Shown piece by piece: positions 24,651 through 26,601 of a stretch of DNA of 26,601 nt. Below the pieces are notes generated by a model. The model did no database searches, was not told where the DNA came from, and saw only the letters and a list, made by a program, of their open reading frames with translations. Origin of the DNA: Candidatus Nanohalobium sp. GTDB lineage: Archaea; Nanohalarchaeota; Nanosalinia; Nanosalinales; Nanosalinaceae. The stretch lies in contig JBDGTY010000005.1 in NCBI GenBank assembly GCA_042216335.1, forward strand, positions 1-26,601, given 5' to 3'. Positions within the stretch are counted from its first letter, which is position 1, and every line of letters starts with the position of its first letter. The position numbers and the translations under genes were made by a program.

Positions 24651-24863
24651 ATGACAGAAATGCAGAAAGAGTTCAGACTCAAACAGGAAGACGCGGCAGA
24701 ACTGCTGCGGGATATCGCCGACGCACTGGAGGAAGACGAACAACTCAACATGTCTTTTGGAGAAAACCGGCTGATACAGCCGCTTGGCCAGAAAGTACCA
24801 CTGAGAATTTATCAAGATGATAATGGGACTGAGATTGGGTTTAAGCTAATGAGTGAGGATTAA
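24651..24863 (+). CDS. Amphi-Trp domain-like small protein
   Basis: EDAAELLRDIADALE amphipathic helix followed by short beta strands and EIGFKL. Confidence 0.6.
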   Translation: MTEMQKEFRLKQEDAAELLRDIADALEEDEQLNMSFGENRLIQPLGQKVPLRIYQDDNGTEIGFKLMSED

Positions 24864-25324
24864 TTTAGCAGATTCTTCAGTTCTTTATTCACTTCATCAA
24901 AGTTTTCTCCATTGTACTCCGTGTCAGGCCAGAGATCATAATCTTCACTTTCTTCACGTAGGACAACATGAAAGTGCAGATGGTTTATCGACTGCTGCGC
25001 TGAGCTACCATTAGCGCTTAACAGGTTAGCGCCGCTGTAATGAGATTTATCCCTAACCTCATTCAGAAAGCTGTGTATCTGCTTGAAGTATGACGAGACA
25101 TCTTCCTGTTCCATCTTGAAAAAGCTGTCGAAATGAGTCTTGGGAACTAAAAGCAAGTGGGCGTCTTTCAAAGCCCCGGACTTCAGAGGAGGAAAGACGG
25201 CAAAATCCTCAGTCTCATAGATAATCTTATCACTATCTTCCTCCAAGAGATGACAGAAAATACATTCTCCTTTTACCTTCTGAAGATAAGCTCCTTTCAT
25301 CTTCTCTCTGAGGCTCTCAAGCAT
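24860..25324 (-). CDS. HIT family hydrolase
   Basis: CIFC, HLLLVPK.H and NG.SAQQSINHLHFHVV. Confidence 0.92.
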   Translation of the reverse strand: MLESLREKMKGAYLQKVKGECIFCHLLEEDSDKIIYETEDFAVFPPLKSGALKDAHLLLVPKTHFDSFFKMEQEDVSSYFKQIHSFLNEVRDKSHYSGANLLSANGSSAQQSINHLHFHVVLREESEDYDLWPDTEYNGENFDEVNKELKNLLN

Positions 25325-25361
25325 TAGTTGAAAATATGGAAAGTCTTCATAAAATGATTTT

Positions 25362-25619
25362 TCAATCAGCGTACTTTCTCTCGAACCTCGCCAGTATATC
25401 TTCCATCTTCTGCTCTTTCTCGTATGTGCTTGAGGACGTCAGGAAGTCCTGCGACAATTTGTACAGATAGCCATCGAAGCCCTGCAGATCCTTGAAAGAA
25501 TCCCTGTCCAGCTCCCCCAGAATCTGGTCGAAGATGCGGAACATCTGAAATCTTTTCTCGCCGACATCATCTATTTCAGAAACTTCCTGAAATTTTTCCT
25601 CGAGGTTTTCAAGGCTCAT
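25362..25619 (-). CDS. Hypothetical protein
   Basis: 85-aa acidic helical ORF overlapping the upstream cupin gene. Confidence 0.65.
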   Translation of the reverse strand: MSLENLEEKFQEVSEIDDVGEKRFQMFRIFDQILGELDRDSFKDLQGFDGYLYKLSQDFLTSSSTYEKEQKMEDILARFERKYAD

Positions 25620-25977
25620 TCCAGTTCCTCAGTTCTTCATCTTCAGGGTTGAAGGGCGGAGAAGTGATAATCAGTGCCTTCAAACTTCCTTCCAGTGCGT
25701 GAAGCGTTTTTTCAGGGACGTAGACATAGTCTCCTTCCTCCACGTTATGCGTTTCTTCCCCGACAAAGAGTTTGCCTTCTCCTTCCAGAATGTAGTAACC
25801 TTTCTGACTTCTCTCATTGAAAATCCTCTTCCCTTTCTCTCCCTCAGGATGGTAGCCATCAACTTCAGATAGAACAGCGTCAAAGTTCGAATCCTGCGGC
25901 GCATCAAACAGATCGGTTATTTCTGTGTTGTCATCGACGAAGTAAGAGTTGGAGGGCTGGAACTTCATATCACTCAC
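25609..25977 (-). CDS. Cupin domain protein
   Basis: YYILEGEG...VEEGDYVYVP...H.L and IITSPPF. Confidence 0.85.
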   Translation of the reverse strand: MSDMKFQPSNSYFVDDNTEITDLFDAPQDSNFDAVLSEVDGYHPEGEKGKRIFNERSQKGYYILEGEGKLFVGEETHNVEEGDYVYVPEKTLHALEGSLKALIITSPPFNPEDEELRNWNEP

Positions 25978-26601
25978 CGAGTTCCTTGATTATCTTCTCT
26001 CTCGCCTCTTTTGGATCGGCCTTGCCCTGAGAGATACTCATGACCTGGCCGACAAGGAAGTTCACAGCTTCCTCATCGCCATTCCTGTAATCCTCGACAG
26101 CATCAGGATTCTCCTCAATGGCCTCCTCAACGAATTCCGAGATCTCATCTTCCTCAGCCTTGAGAAGGTCTTCCTCCTCAACAATACCTTCTGGGTTCTG
26201 CGGTTCTTCCACGATCTCTCTAAGAACCTGTTCAGCGTTCCTGTCGGAGATCTGGTCTTCCTCAAGTAGCTCTACAAGGTACTTCAGCCAGTCAATCTGG
26301 ATATCTGAGTCAGAGTAAGTTTTTTCGTTGTAGTTCAGGACCTTCTTCAGGTCTCCTGTCAGGAATGATGCAACTAGGTCAGCATCGTGTGAGTCGGCAA
26401 GAACTTCGAAATCATCTGCCAGTTCCGGCTCAGTAACTAGAGACTCGACCAGTTTATCCTTTAATCCATATTCTTCCTTGAAGCGGTCGAATTTTTCGTG
26501 CGGCAGTTCCGGTATCTCTTCCCGGGTTTTCTCTCTGAACTCTTCATCGAGTTCCTGTCTGGTGAGGTCAGGGTCGAAGATGTATCCGTAGTCTTTCTCC
26601 G
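25970..26601 (-). CDS. gatB: Asp-tRNA(Asn)/Glu-tRNA(Gln) amidotransferase subunit B, C-terminal part (starts beyond the window)
   Basis: Hand translation EKDYGYIFDPDL..IPELP..RFKEEYGL; YqeY-like tail ENPDAVEDYRNG..AVNFLVGQVM....GKADP. Confidence 0.92.
   Translation of the reverse strand, partial: EKDYGYIFDPDLTRQELDEEFREKTREEIPELPHEKFDRFKEEYGLKDKLVESLVTEPELADDFEVLADSHDADLVASFLTGDLKKVLNYNEKTYSDSDIQIDWLKYLVELLEEDQISDRNAEQVLREIVEEPQNPEGIVEEEDLLKAEEDEISEFVEEAIEENPDAVEDYRNGDEEAVNFLVGQVMSISQGKADPKEAREKIIKELGE

Noticed and set aside
25970-26212. 80-aa stand-alone ORF in the track
   Set aside because: It is the C-terminal end of gatB, whose frame stays open to the window edge.

Overview
Archaeal chromosomal window. 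The very acidic, Glu-rich proteins, TATA boxes about 25-30 bp before leaderless ATGs and BHB tRNA introns point to a nanohaloarchaeon (DPANN); this taxonomy is an inference. It holds about 38 CDS: an aldo-keto reductase, DsbB, a split AddAB-like pair (UvrD helicase and PD-(D/E)XK nuclease) divergent from rmuC, two toxin-antitoxin pairs with visible operators, an HD dNTPase, a secreted multicopper oxidase, a thiol-redox cluster (Prx, Trx, Zn-finger microprotein, msrA, msrB, trxB), a divergent PAN-like AAA ATPase and the 3' part of gatB. The most unusual signal is non-coding. All four tRNA genes (Gly-GCC, Arg-CCT, Leu-CAG, Arg-TCG) are interrupted, with five BHB introns of 30, 57, 126, 60 and 178 nt. 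The longer introns are built of stacked hairpins, and two carry copies of their own host exon or splice-site sequence. Related mini-palindromes occur outside tRNAs, including a 48-bp in-frame hairpin insertion flanked by a 7-bp direct repeat inside the UvrD gene. An att-like duplication of the tRNA-Arg 3' end is also present. All calls were made by eye; no searches or folding programs were run.
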